From Leucoraja erinacea (Eukaryota), in contig NC_073377.1 of assembly GCF_028641065.1 (NCBI RefSeq), positions 151,714,001-151,778,000 of the forward strand: a stretch of 64,000 nt of DNA. Reading direction: 5' to 3'. Under the pieces are notes generated by a model. It ran no database searches. It was not told where the DNA came from and saw only the letters and a program-made list of their open reading frames with translations. This document shows, one piece after another, positions 39,287 through 52,869 of this stretch (its first letter is position 1; every line of letters starts with the position of its first letter). A program made the translations under genes and the position numbers.

Positions 39287-40789
39287 TACATTAATGTCAG
39301 TACAAGGAAATGACACTGTTCCGCTGCCTCATTTGCGGTACTATTTTCAGCAAATATTTTCATAAATGTTAAATAAATAAGTATGTGATTTTTTAAATAT
39401 CAAAGTGTGTAACTGGTTCAGATATTTACAATAAAATTCAGTTGATCCACTTTCTGACGATTTGGAAAGTCCTATGGTTTGGCATCTGGCTCGTCTGGCA
39501 ATCTTCCCCCATGATCCTTTCAACTCTCACTGGGCCTGTGCTCTTCTCCCTTGCCGAGTCTTATCATTCTACAGGTCCCGTGCCTCCCTGAAACATACCA
39601 AGTTCATTGGAGAATTTAACACAATACTGTGTGACATCATAAAAAACGAATTAAAAGTGGATTGGGAAATTAAATGAAAAACATTGAGTATTCTGGAAAA
39701 TGTACCAGCACCACCAAAGTCCCATGTGTGTCTAATTATAGGAGTATTACTGTATTGCTCTGCTTCACTGATCCATGCAAGGTTCTTGGGAATACCACCA
39801 CCTGCAGGTTTCCTTTGAATCAAGCACTATCGTGACTTGGAAATACAATGCTGTTCTTTCATTGTTTCAGTGTTGCTGGATCAAATCCTGGAGTGATCTA
39901 CACAGCATCATTTTGGGAGTGTCTCCACCCGAAGGACTGCAGCAGTTCAAGAATGTGGTTCAACAGCATAGTCTTGAGGGGAATAGGAGACGGACAATTA
40001 GTGTCATCAACAATGCCTGCTTACTGAAAATAATTCAAAAAATGATCACAGGTTGTAATCACTTCTGTCAAATATTCGAAAATAATCCCAAATCTGCATT
40101 TACTAACCATTTCTTCTTCTGCTATCCCTTCGCCCAACAAGGTGGACTTTCTCCATCACTAAAAATAAGATTAGCCTCCACTGGAATTGCCTCCACTGTA
40201 ATATTTTCTTCCCCAATTCACCAATCTTAGCATATCCCAAGGATATGCACATTTTTCTTTGGTTGTTTCTTCTCTCCTCTCTTATGTATACCTTAAATTC
40301 ATTTCATCAGTGGGATTTGTTGCTTATTCTCGTAATCCTATTACCTTCCAGCTGCTCAGCATTCAACTCCTTTTCTGTCTCTTGTGAGAGATAATATTTG
40401 TAGTGGAAGTCTGCTTCCCTGGTACTGATTTCTTCCCTTCCAAATCTACGGCAATACTAACTTTGAATAATGTTCTGAAATAGCCTGCTGAGGTTGTTGA
40501 TCATTTCCGGTGTAATTCTGTGCGTTCTGAGGTGGCTTTGAGTATCTCGTGCAAGATCTGGAAATTTTGCCATTAGTAGTTGAGGTGATGCTTGACAGGT
40601 CAGATTTAAGCAGTTCAGTGCCAGAAGATGTTGTAGTTTGTGAATGAAGTCTTTGAGAATTTCTTGAGCATTTTCCCTGTTGTTTTTTAATTTCTACATT
40701 TGAAGGATTTTAGTCCTTAATTTAATTATTTGATGCTTTGAAACTGGCTAACAGAACATGATCAGAACATCCATACAGGAGATGTTGGC

Positions 40790-41440
40790 TTAGAAACATA
40801 GAATAGAAACGTAGAAAATAGTTGCAGGAGTAGTCTTCGCACCAGCACCGCCATTCAATATGATCATGTCTGATCATCTAAAATCAGTACCCCATTCCTG
40901 CTTTCTCCCCATATCCCTTGATTCCGTTAGCCCTTAGAGCTATATCTAACTCTCTCTTGAAAACATTCAATGAATTGGCCTCCACTGCCTTCTGTGGCAG
41001 AAATTTCTACAGATTCACAACTCATAGAAAACGTTTTTCCTCATCTCAGTCCTAAATGTCCTACATCTTATTCTTACACTGTGAGCCCTGGTTCTGCACT
41101 CCCCCATCATCGGGAACATTTTTCCTGCATCTAGCCTGTCCAATCCCTTAGGAATTGTATATGTTTCTATTAGATCCCCTCTCATTCTTCTAAATTCCAG
41201 TGAATATAAGCCCAGTCGATCCATTCTTTCATCATATGTCAGTCCCGCCATCCTGGGAATTAACCTGGTGAATCTATACTGCATTTCCTCAATAGCAAGA
41301 ATGTCCTTCCTCAAATTAGGAGACCAAAAATGTACACAATACTCCAGATGTGGTCTCACCAGAGCCCAGTACAACTGCAATTGGATATCCTTGCTCCTAA
41401 ACTCAAATCCTCTCGCTATGAAGACCAACATGCCATTTGC
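40790..41440 (-). mobile_element. CR1 3' fragment, reverse orientation
   Basis: Track ORF 41015-41431 ([21 protein letters not shown]) and reversed tail at 40790-40815. Confidence 0.88.
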
Positions 41441-42239
41441 ATTAGGCTTGGGTTAAATGCAAATGTTGGTTTGAATACCCCACAGATGGTTTTAGAAGCT
41501 TTTGTCGATAAAGCATTGATGGTAAATCTCCTGTAGTTTGAGGGCTTGTTGTAGTTTGTCCATCTCTTTAAACTTATGGGAAGATCGGAATGTCAAATTG
41601 AGATTGTTGCTGAGCTTGAGGTCTTGTTTTCAAACATGTCAAGGATTTTAATTAATGGAGAGGACGGTGTAGGTGAGGTAAAGTTATAGAGATGTACAGT
41701 ACCGTGATGGACCCTTCAGCCCACAGAATCCATGGCGACCTGCTTGTCCGCCTACATTAATCCCATTTGTCTGCATTAAAATTGTATCCTTCTGTGTCTT
41801 GTCTATTTAAGTGTCTGTCAAAATGACACGAAAACCTAGTAATTGTATTTGATTCCACCACCTTCTTGGCAGAGAGTTCCAAATATCAACCACGCTCAGT
41901 GTAAAAATAAAATTTGTCCTCGGGTCCCTTTCAAAGTTACTTCAAAGTTATGCTCACTTGTTTTTAATGCCCGACTAGAGGAATATTTTGACTGCCCTTT
42001 GTTGCAGGGAAACAACCCCAACTTATTCAATCTCTCCCTTTATCTAAAGCGACCACATCCAGGCAAAGTCCTGATAAAACTCATCTGCGCTTGCTTCAGC
42101 CCTATCACATCTTTCTTTGGGGAGGTTGATGTGTTGGGCAACCGGGGGAGATCAGGTTGGTTAGTACGGACTGAGCGGAGGTGCTGGGCGAAGCGGTCGC
42201 CGAGACTACACTTGGTCTCGCTGATGTAGAGAAGGTGAC

Positions 42240-45222
42240 ATTTTGGAGGAGCTGCATGCCATGGTCAACAAGCACCAAACAGCATACCCCAAAGCCTTTA
42301 CCACCATAGCTGGGGACTTCAACAAAGCCAACCTGAAAACATCACTCCCATAACTACCACCAACATGTCACCTGCAGCATCAGAGGATTAAACACTCTTG
42401 ACCACTGCTATACAACCATCAAGGATGCCTATCGCTCCATCCTTTGTCCTCACTTCGGGAAATCTGAATATTCACCTGCTTCTTCCTGCATACAGGCAGC
42501 AACTGAAGAGCGCACCCCCTGAGGTGAGGACTGCACAGAGCTGGTCTGGGGAGATAGAGGAACAACTATGGGACTGCTTGGTGTCAGTAGATTGGGCAAT
42601 GTTCAAGTACTCGGCAATGGATCTAAATGAATACGCCACAGTCATCACAGACTTCATAAGGATATGTGTGGAGGACTGTGTTCCTACAAAAACCTTCCGA
42701 GTATTTCCCAACCAGAAGCCTTGGATGAACCAGGAGATCCGCATCCTTCAGAGGACCAGGTCCTGGGCATCAGATCTGGTGGCGCAGAGGTCTATAAGAA
42801 GTCTAGATACGACTTTGACAATGCCATCAAAAAGGCCAAAAGGGATTTCCGTTCAAAGCTGGAGGATGGGGCGGATGTTCGGCAACTGTGGCAGGGTCTG
42901 AATGGCTTCACCTCCTACAAAGCAAAATCAGGAGGCAGCTCAAGCGACAGCGAAGAATCACTCCCTCATGAGCTCAATGCGTTCAACATAGGCTTTGATA
43001 GGGAGAACACTGATGTGTCTTCCTGAGCCTCCATACGCCCTGATGGTATTAGTCACAGTCAGAAGATCCTATTTGGGGGCGGGGGAGGAACTCCAGGAAA
43101 GCATCTGGACCTCATGGTGTACCCAGTTGAATTCCCAAAACCTGTGCAGACCAACTGGCTGGGGTTTTTGCGGACATTTTCAACCTCCCACTACTGAGGT
43201 CTGAGGTTCTCACCTGCTTTAAGAGAGCATCTATAATACCGGTGCCCAAGAAGAGTAATGTGATGTGCCTCAATGACTGTCAACCAGTGACACTAACGTC
43301 AGTGCTTTGAGAGGTTGGTTATGGTGGATATCAACTCCGACCTCACCGAAAACCTCGACCCACTACAGTTTGCATACCGTCACAACAGGTCAACGGAGGA
43401 TGCAATCTCACTTGCTCTCCACTCTGCACTGGACCACTAGGACAATAAAAACATTTACGTCAGGCTGTTCTTGTAGACTACAGCTTGGCGTTCAATACCA
43501 TCATCCCCTCCAAGCTGGTTACCACCCCGGTGGGGGTCCCTCTATGCAGGGACTCTCGCCCTCTATGTCGGGGACCTGGGGTGGAGGGTACTGCACCAAG
43601 GAGTCCTTTGCAACCCCTTTCCCTCGCAGTTCACAGACTCACCAGCTGCCTGCCACTTTTGCGGGCTGGAAGAGTCTGTGTATTAAGTATATATGGAGTG
43701 TGTGAGGCTGCAGCCCCTGCTCCATTATCTAAAGGGGCTGCTCCTTGCCTTCTGGCTGCATTTCTCACCCACCATCCTCATCTTTGGACACCCTGTGTGT
43801 AGGGGAGAGGATAGGACTGAAGATGTCCTAGTTGGATTGCTCTTGGTCCAGGCCAAGCTGGCCATTGGCGAGTCACAGCGCCAGGTGGAAGAGGGCTCTG
43901 CCCGAACTGGCTGCCTGCCCCTTTTCCGGGGATACGTTCCTGTCCGGGTGGTGTCAGAAAGGGACTACTCATTGCCCACGGGCACCCTGGGGGATTTCCG
44001 GGACCGCTGGGCTCTGCAGGGGATTGAATGCATCCTTGACAAGGAGTGTTGTATAGTAGTTTATCGTTTGTCGTGTATTATGGTGGAGGGTTCTGCTTTG
44101 TTTTTTACTGTACTTTAATATTTGAATAAATATTTTTGATTAATTAAAAAAACAAACTGGATAGCAAGCTCACGGAACCTAGTCTCTGCGCATCCCTCTG
44201 CAATTAGATCCTCGACTTCCTCATCCACAGACCACAGTCTGTTTGAAATGGCAGAAATAGTTATTCCACATTAACACTCAGTACGGGAGCACCTCAAGGC
44301 TGCGTGCTCAGCCCCCTGCTCTATACTCATGACTGTGTAGCCGGACACAGTGTGAACTCCATCTTCAAGTTGGCCGATGTCACCACCGTTGGACGAATTA
44401 CAGATGGTAATGAGTCAGAGGATAGAAGTGAGATCAACCGATTGACCAAATGGTGTGAGCACAACAATCTTGCTTTCAATATCAGTAAAACCAATGAACT
44501 GATTGTGGACTTTGGAAGAGGAAGGATGAGGATTCATAGTCCTCTTTATGTCAACGGGACGATGGTGGAGAGAACGTCAAATTATTGTGCGTGCATATTT
44601 CTGAAGATCTTTCCTGGACCCAGCACTGATGCAATTATAAATAAAGCACATCAATGCCTCTGCTTCCTGACAAGATTAAGGATATTCGGTATGTCAATGA
44701 GGATTCTCTTGAACTTCTACAGATGTACAGTAGAGAACATATTGACTGATTACATCATGGCCTGGTTCGGCAACTTGAACGTCCAGAAGCGGAAAAGACT
44801 GAAAAAAGCTGTGAACACTGCCCAGTCCTCAGCTCTGATCTTCCCACCATCGAAGGGATTTATCAGAGTCACAGCCTCAAAAAGGCAGCCAACATCATCA
44901 GAGACCCACACTACCCTGGCCACACACTCATTTCACCACTGGCATCGGGAAGGAGATAAGGGAGCCTGAAAACTGTAACGTCTAGGAACAGCTTCTTCCC
45001 TACAGCCATCAGGCTATTAAACACTACAATCTCAAATAAGCTCTGAACTTCAATAGACATTATTATTATTGCACTACTATTGTTTTTTTGTGTATGTGTA
45101 AGTATATGTGTGTAAGTATAAGTATATGTATATGTATATATATGTGTGTGTGTGTACTTGTGAGTATGTGTGTGTATATTATACACTTTGAACTTTTTTT
45201 CACTCATTTATCATATTGTTTA
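42240..45222 (+). mobile_element. Degenerate Rex1/Babar LINE (end of APE + RT + 3'UTR with TG/TA microsatellite)
   Basis: [50 protein letters not shown]; interrupted at 43525-44152. Confidence 0.82.
43525..44152 (+). mobile_element. Tx1/L1-clade LINE 3' fragment nested in the Rex1 RT
   Basis: CHFCGLEESV..MEC zinc-knuckle-like motif, LLLVQAKLAI, AATAAA + poly(A); degenerate TSD caagctggttacca (43511-24) / caaactggatagca (44153-66). Confidence 0.65.
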
Positions 45223-46169
45223 CACATCCAGTAGGTCTTGGCGGACTGAGCGTAAGTGTTTGATGACATGGGTACCGAGATTATGCTTAGTCTTGCCGAT
45301 GTACAAGAGGGTACATTTGGAACATCAGATGTAGTTGGTAAGGTTAACAAAGGTGCATGTGAGGCTCTGTCTCATCTGGAAGGACTGCTGGGGTTTCTGG
45401 ATTTGTGGTACAACAAATTGTGGTTAGAATTCAGGCTCATTTGTCATAATGTAGAATGGTTACGAATTTCTCACCAAAACTTGACGTGGAAGATCCACAA
45501 TGGCCTACATGTTTGTGGGAGTTGGTGACTCACATGCACTGATTGGTGCTGCTCTCTGTTTTCCCAAATTTGTTAAGTGTTGGAGTTCATGTCCATTCTA
45601 TTCATTGACGGACATAATTTTGCTGCAAACTTTGCTGCAAATTTCTTTGTGACAGATTGCAGTTCATTTTTTTACACTTGGCACATTTAGACATCTCCTT
45701 TAAACACCGTTACTTGTACCCAATCATTGGTTCTCGGATCCCCTGACATACTCCTCGTTGCAGTTTTGGTCACACATCCTAGCCTGAGGTACTTTTCTGC
45801 CAGGTTTTAACATTTAAGTGGATATTTTGCCTGTTTTATAGGCCTTATTATTGTACAGTTGTTGAATGGCCTTTTCACCTCTTGCTGGTTGGAGCTGTGC
45901 TGTGATTGTATTGGATTATGTATGGCAGAATGGAGTTAAAGAATAGTCACATTGATGACAACATTTTGAGAGATGTTCGAAATACTTATTGTACTTGACA
46001 TTGACTGCTAATCTGTGTATTTAAATTTATTCCTGTACTGGATTGCAGGATAGTGGATTGTTGTTTGTTTCTTTGTGCTGTATATGTCTTCATGCTGCTG
46101 AGGGATCTATGCATTCTACAATTATCAGCTAATTGCTGTGTCTCCTCCATCCTTGCTATCCATATTTAA

Positions 46170-46352
46170 CTGTGTAGGAAAGAATTGCAGATGCTGGTTT
46201 AAATCGAAGATAGACACAAAATGCTGGAGTAACTCAGCAGGGCAGGCAGCATCTCTGGAGAGAAGAAGGGTCTTGACCTTAAAACGTCACCCATTCCTTC
46301 TCACCAGAGATGCTGCCTGTCCCGCTGCGTTGTTCCAAGATTTTGTGTCTAC
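46170..46352. mobile_element. Fold-back Penelope-derived short element
   Basis: TSD CCATATTTAA at 46160-46169 and 46353-46362; inverted arms tagacacaaaatgctgga / tccaagattttgtgtcta. Confidence 0.8.
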
Positions 46353-46562
46353 CCATATTTAATTATTAGAATGCAAGTTTTAAAAAAATTGGATCTTGTC
46401 CTTCATGTGTTTGTAGAGGAGGATTTAACTCCACGAGACACCATGATGTTTCTGGCCCAAGAATGTCTTGGGTTAACTATGAGTTAGTTCCTTGATCTTG
46501 GTCATTCGCATCAAACCATTCGCCATGATTACTAATTGAGAAACAAAGTGTCTCTACACAGG

Positions 46563-46663
46563 GTTTAAGAGGGAACTGCAGATGCTGGAGAACCGATTTC
46601 TATTTCCTTCGCTCCATAGATGCTGCTGCACCCGCTGAGTTTCTCCAGCTTTTTTGTGTAACC
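46563..46663 (+). mobile_element. Very short Penelope-derived insertion with inverted 5' segment
   Basis: Perfect 14-bp TSD TGTCTCTACACAGG at 46549-46562 and 46664-46677. Confidence 0.8.
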
Positions 46664-46690
46664 TGTCTCTACACAGGTGCTAGTTGTAAT

Positions 46691-48093
46691 TGTAATTGTA
46701 AATCTTTATTGTCATTTCCTGAGTATTCGCATACCCAGAGGAAACAAAAAAACGTTGCTCAACCAGTGTCCATTCAGTTTCCATTACAAAATAAATAGGA
46801 ATTAAAATTAAAAAATACATTTCATGAACAAATTTAACACTCTACTAAACATTCAACAGACGTTCCGACCGGCAGCGGCACAACAGTGGCTCTGCTGCAG
46901 TGTGGGGGGTTTGTGCGCGATACTTGGCAGGAGGGAAAGTGCATTTAACAGTCTTATAGCCTGTGGGAAGAAGCTGAGGAGCATCCTGCTGGTTTTGCAG
47001 CTAATGCTCCTGTACCTCTTCCCAGATGGGAGGATGGAGAAAAAGTCATGCGATGGGTGGTAAGGGTCTTTGATGATGGAGATGGCTCTGTTGATACATC
47101 TCTTCTTGTATATGTCCAGCAGGAAGGGGAGTGGAGCACCAATAATCCTGCTTGCGGTCTTCACTATCCTGTCCAGTTGGTGCCGTTCGTACGCCTTGCA
47201 GCTCCCGAACCAGGAAGTGATGCCGTATGTCAGTGTGCTCTCGACAGTCCCCCTATAAAAAGTCCGTAGATGTGTGGTGGGGAGGCCTGCTTTCCGTAGT
47301 CTTCGGAGAGGGTGAAGTCGCTGCTGGGCTCTCTTGACCAGAGCTGTGGTGTTGGCCGTGGACGTCAGGTCATCAGACAGATGTAGTCCTAAGAACTTCA
47401 TGCTGCTGACCCTTTCCACATCAGCTCCGTCGATGTGCAGAGGTGCATGGTGATGTTTCCCCGCCCTCCTGAAGTCAACCACCATCTCCTTAGTTTTTCC
47501 CACGTTAAGAATGAGGTTGTGGGATTTGCACCAACCTGTGAGCAGCTCCACCTCCATCCTGTACGCCGATTCATCGTTGTCACTGATGAGACCCACTACT
47601 GTTGTGTCATCAGCGAACTTGCTGATGAAGTTGTTATTGAGTCTGGCAGTACAGTCGTGTGTCAGCAGACTAAACAGAAGGGGGCTTAGGACACAGCCTT
47701 GGGGTGAGCCAGTGCTCACGGCTATGGTTTTTGATGTCCTACTGCCCACCCTGACTGTCTGCTGCCGCTGCGACAGGAAGTTCAGGACCCAGCTACATGT
47801 GCCAGCATCAACCCCCAACAGCTCCAACTTCTCCACCAGCTGCTGCGGGATGATTGTATTGAAAGCGGAGCTGAAGTCTATGAAGAGGATCCTGGCATAG
47901 GTGTTTTTCCGATCGAGATGTGACAACACGAGGTTCAGTGTTGTTGAGACTGCGTCCTCTGTGGATCGGTTGGCTCTGTAGGCGAACTGCAGTGGGTCCA
48001 GGTCGGCAGGTAGACTATTTTTGATGTGCTGCATAACTAGTCGCTCAAAACACTTCATTACAATGGGTGTTAGGGCCACTGGTCGAAAGTCGT
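46691..48093 (-). mobile_element. Young 5'-truncated Rex1/Babar LINE with an uninterrupted RT frame
   Basis: [44 protein letters not shown]; open to the stop at 46853; (TTACAA)n tail; possible TSD tagtt(g/a)t(a/g)at. Confidence 0.92.
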
Positions 48094-48654
48094 TAGTTAT
48101 GATATGCTTCACTTTAAACCAAGCACAGTGGATATTCTGCATGTCCTGATGGTTGGGGTGATCCAGGATGTCAGTGATATGCATACTGGAACCGCTTCAT
48201 TTTGGATCTTTCAGAAATTTGAAAATTATCTTGCCTGTGGCATTGTTAATGTTGCTGGGGCTAGCTTGATAAAGATAATGGATTTGGTAGTTGTTAGTCT
48301 TGTTGGCAAGCATTCGTGATGCCTTGCTGAGGTGGTGGTGTAAGTGTCAATGTTTTGATTAAAGTGGTTCATCAGGTTGTCTTCACTTCCCATTCACATC
48401 TCCAATTGCTCCAGCCGCTTAAGTAATCCACTATTGACATCCCCATTGTTGTAGGGCCCTGTTCTAAATTTCAGTCTCTCTCCGCTGTAAAATGCGTATC
48501 ATTGATTCTCTAATATGTAGCTTCTTTCTTGCAACATCATGTTTGAATGTCGAAAATCAGGCTTACGCTCAAGTAGCAACATTGAAACCATTTTGAGCAA
48601 AATGACAATCAGCATAGTTTGTGATTGTTGAGACGGTCCTCATCGACTTCAAAA

Positions 48655-49445
48655 AAGACATAAATTGCTGGAGTAACTCAGCAGGCAGCATCTCTGAAGA
48701 ACATTGATAGGTGACAGACGAAATGTGCAGGAAGGAACTGCAGTTGCTGGTTTAAATCAAAAATAGATGGTTTAAAATGAAGATAGACATTTGGGGTTGG
48801 GACTTCAGACTGATTGGGGGAGTGGTGGTAGTGGGTGGGGAAAAATTCTGGAAACGAGGATGGGCAGAACAAAACCTCACAAGACATACTAGATCACCCG
48901 GTTGCTAACCACTTTAACTCCCCTTTATATACTGACCTTTCTGTTCTGGGCTTCCTCCATTGCCAGAGTGAGGCCATGCACAAACTGGAGCAACACCTTG
49001 TATTTCACCTGGGTGTCTTATAACCCAATGGTATGAACATTTAATTCTCTAATTTTAAGTGAACTTATCAAAACACTCCTTCTCCCCTTTCTTCCATGTG
49101 CTCTACCTTAACTTGCACCTATTTCACCCCTCCCCCTTCCATCTACATTCCTACCTCTGGCTTCACGATTTGCACACTTTTGTTCTTATCTCACACCTTC
49201 AGTCTTTTCATGCTGGCCTTTGTCCAACCATCTGCTGATCCGAAACCCCCTTCACATGTATCCATCTATAACTTGACAGGCTTTAGTCTGTCAAACCAGT
49301 CTTTTCACCCTTCCCCATCACAATCAGTCTAAAGAAGGGTTCCAACCCAAAACGTCGCCTATCCATGTTCTCCAGAGATGCTGCTTGACCCGCTGAGTTA
49401 ATCCAGCACTATGTCTTTTTTTGTAAACCAGCATCTACAATTTCT
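48655..49445. mobile_element. Penelope 3' end with inverted terminal-repeat arrangement
   Basis: Minus-oriented terminal repeat at 48655-48870, followed by plus-oriented VANHFNSP..LGFLHCQSE and a terminal repeat with degenerate hammerhead (49328-49358). Confidence 0.65.
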
Positions 49446-52400
49446 TTTTTCTTCATCGCCTTCACTTGCTCTGAAACCTTTTGGTTGGTTGACCATATTA
49501 GTTTTCTACAATGCTGCTCTTCTGTAATTTTTTTTAAAGTTCAATAGACAATAGACAATCTCCGTCTCTTGGTTCCATTCTTATTAAAATCAAGTCAAAA
49601 AGTCACCTAAATGGCTTATTTGTCTACTGTCCAATATTATCTGCAGAATTCCACAGGAATTTAGTTTCAGCTTCTTTTCATTCCTGAGTTGGATCTTGGC
49701 AACCATAATGGAATAGGTACTGCTATGTGTGAAGGTTACAGTTCTAAATCATCACCATCTCTCTTGCATACTCTGTTTTCTGCATTTTTCCGGCTCCTTG
49801 CCACATTTTCAGACAGTGAGCTACAGTTTGAACTAATTAAATACTAAGGTGACGAAAGCTTTTGTTGGACCCTAGTGATTTATTCCAGTACCTCCCAGGA
49901 ACAAACTCCACCCACCCCATCTGCATGTGTTCTGTTTGTAGCCAAATCATATGCATTAGTCATTTTTGTTATTTTACACCCAAGCAAGTCTCCGGCTCCA
50001 TATTGTCTTCAGCCTCTTATTAAATGCCCCATTCCCACTCTATCAAACTATCATTCATGCTTTTGCTTCAATCACTGTTTTGTATTCAAATACTGTCCCA
50101 TTTGACCTTCCATTTTTCATTCTTAATAAATTTGAGTCTTCTAATTCTTTGTTATTCATGGCCTATTTTGACTTCCCATTTATCTATGAACCCTAGGTAG
50201 ACACAAAAAGCTGGATTAACTCAGCAGGACAATCAGCATCTCTGGAGAAAATGAATGGGTGACGTTACGGGCTGAGATCCTCCTTCAGCTGTCCTATTTT
50301 GGCCTCTGATCCACTGATGACTTAATTTTACAATTTGTTGATCAACCTCGTATCCTCTGAGAAATCTGCGTTTCTCAAATTCTGCCTTTGTTGTGCACTT
50401 CTCTGGTTTGATCTTCATTTAGTTCCTGAGCTCTTTATTTTTCTTTTTAAAGATGCTTTAAATCATATATTTGGTTACTTGTCCTAATGTCTCTTTCCTT
50501 AGCTGAGTGTGATTTGTTTTCTGATTGCGTGTCTGTGAAGATCCATAAGGTGTAATAAAATAAGGGCACTATACAAATGTTATTTGAAAGAGTTGAACTG
50601 TGAGATTAGTGGTTTAGGTGGTATCTAATGATATCTTGATGAATGACCAACCCATTTTAGTTTTATCTTATTAAAACTTTTTTAAATCGGAATTTATTAA
50701 AATGGTGCAGCTCAAAGTTTGATGTGTTGTAGTGAATATTATGTTGTCAGTAGGATTTTGTGATGCTGCACATTTGAACATTAAACAATACTTGAAATTT
50801 GAAGTGTTGCTGTAAATTTTTGATTAGCTTTTTTTGTATTGGAAGCAATCATAGATTTCTAGTATAATTAATGACTACGTGAATATGAAGGCGTTTAACT
50901 TGAAAACTAAGACTTGCTATGTTGGGCTCAGAGTTCAGTTGGGTGCTTGCAATAATGTTATTCTGTAGGCCAGGTGGTTGTGATGTAAAGCCTCTCGGCT
51001 TTAGTTTCAGGTACAAATTCCTCTCCTGAATAAAAAGGCTTTGTTCCTACAAGAATTATTCCCTTGTTTCAAACAACTACCTAGATTTCTGATGTGCTAG
51101 AACTCCTGAATTGCTGTTTTTCAGACTATTTCTTTATTTAGTCTTTGACGACGAAATGTGAAAATATGCAGATGTTGAATGCCTTGAGTTTATACATGAA
51201 AGCACCAAGGCAAATTCCTTGTATGTGAATACTTGGCCATTAAACTTACTTACTTACTTAAAGTAAGTCATTCCGTGATTCGTTACTCGCACCCTCTTTA
51301 TTTGAATAGCATTCTTCCCTCAAGACAGGTTTAATATCAGTTTTCTTAAATAGGATACAGTTAACCTATATCCACAAAAATATTTGAATATATTGTGTAA
51401 ATTCAAACGTGTTTATTTTTAAAGTATCTTCTATTGTTATATATATCTTCCAATTGTTTAGAATAGCTCAGAAACTAGTGGGATGCCAGATAGAGTTGCA
51501 GTTGTGAAAAACACAATGTTTGTTGACATGGTTATTTTATCAATTTCATTTAGTTATTTTTAAATAGTTCATAGTCATGTCTTTGCCGTGATGGGGTGTG
51601 ATGTGCTGGCTGTGGTTTGTGTGTTCCATAGGACATTCAGCCAATCACTGTGGACCAAGTTCTAGGCTTTTGGGAAGTTGCAGTGATTCCTGGGCTCATT
51701 TTATGACGGTGGTGCCACATCAGTCACTGTGCTGGGTCTCTGGATGCGGAGTATTGTAGCAAAGTCCAGGATTGCTGGGATTCCCCATCATTCTTGTTTT
51801 GAAAGTTTACATTGAAGATCCACATTTCCGACCATATAAAGCCACAAAAACATTTGCCCTTTCCTGATCCCATTCATTTTTTTTAAAAGTACACGTTGAA
51901 CATCCACATTTCCATATAAAGACATTAAAGCAATTGGCCTTTGGTAATCTATTCATTTAAATTACTTAAAAGAACATTTTCCTTGTGTTTGTTTTTAATG
52001 ATTACATAATATGCATTTTAATAAACTCTTATAGTTTTGCAGTTTTAGTTTCATTTTTAATAAAACACACAATTTTTGAATAATGTTTAAATATTTCAGA
52101 ACATTAGAACCAGTTAAAAACCTGTATTCCTTGGCAGTTTAGAGTGATGCTAAAACTCTGACACCAACTTTGCCACCTTTCAAAGCCTGAAGCCAATGTT
52201 CAGTCGAGGCCTTGAGAATCCAATGCCCTGCAAAAATCCACTTATGTATCTGTATTAAATAAGTGCAGGTCTGGGGAGAGCATATACAACACCTCTGATG
52301 GTGAAGGCTGGGTAACAACAAGATTTGACTGTTATCTTTGCTTCAAACTTCCCACCATTTCCATATACTAACCTTGGGACGATTCCTGGTATTTTTTATA

Positions 52401-52709
52401 AAATTCAAAAAGATTCTTGCAGTACTGGAAATATTTTGTTTCGAATGATCAAAGTAATGTAATTTATAGGAAAACATTTTCTAATCTTTTTTGTGGAGTA
52501 TAATTGTCCCTTGATTGTAGGAAATGTGGACATTCAATTGGAATTTTAAAAATAGTTAGAGTTCCATTTACTATGTAATTTTCCCAAAGTATAATCTCTT
52601 CATATCAACTTTTAATGAATGAATAATGCCAACACAATATTTTTCATGTAGCTCATGATATTTTGGTAAGATAATATTGAATAATTAATTTGTACTATTG
52701 TTCTTGCAG

Positions 52710-52780
52710 GATTTGGAGATAGTTTATTCGTATCTTCATGGAATGGAAGCACTGTCAAACTTGAGAGAACATCAATTGAG
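52710..52780 (+). CDS. RAPGEF2: RAPGEF2 (PDZ-GEF1) coding exon, 71 bp, phase 0->2 (probably exon 2): DLEIVYSYLHGMEALSNLREHQL(R)
   Basis: Acceptor ttcttgcag|GAT and donor TTGAG|gtaag. The translation matches the N-terminal cNMP-binding-like region of vertebrate RAPGEF2 as recalled, and it splices in frame to the next two exons. Missed by the ORF track because it is short. Confidence 0.95.
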
Positions 52781-52869
52781 GTAAGAATGTCATTTAAAGA
52801 TGATGTTTACTTTTTTTATCCACTGCAAGACTTTTTACCCATTTTACTGCAGTTCCTTCATCAATAAAG

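Noticed and set aside
46853-48184. 443-aa ORF as a host or prokaryotic-type RT gene (retron, group II intron, DGR)
   Set aside because: Motifs and tail are those of a Rex1/Babar non-LTR element; the N-terminal ~30 aa come from flanking DNA; the context is a vertebrate intron.
1-52709. RAPGEF2 first coding exon or promoter
   Set aside because: No exon encoding the expected N-terminus and no non-TE CpG island was recognised; it is probably upstream of the window, though a diverged alternative first exon could have been missed.
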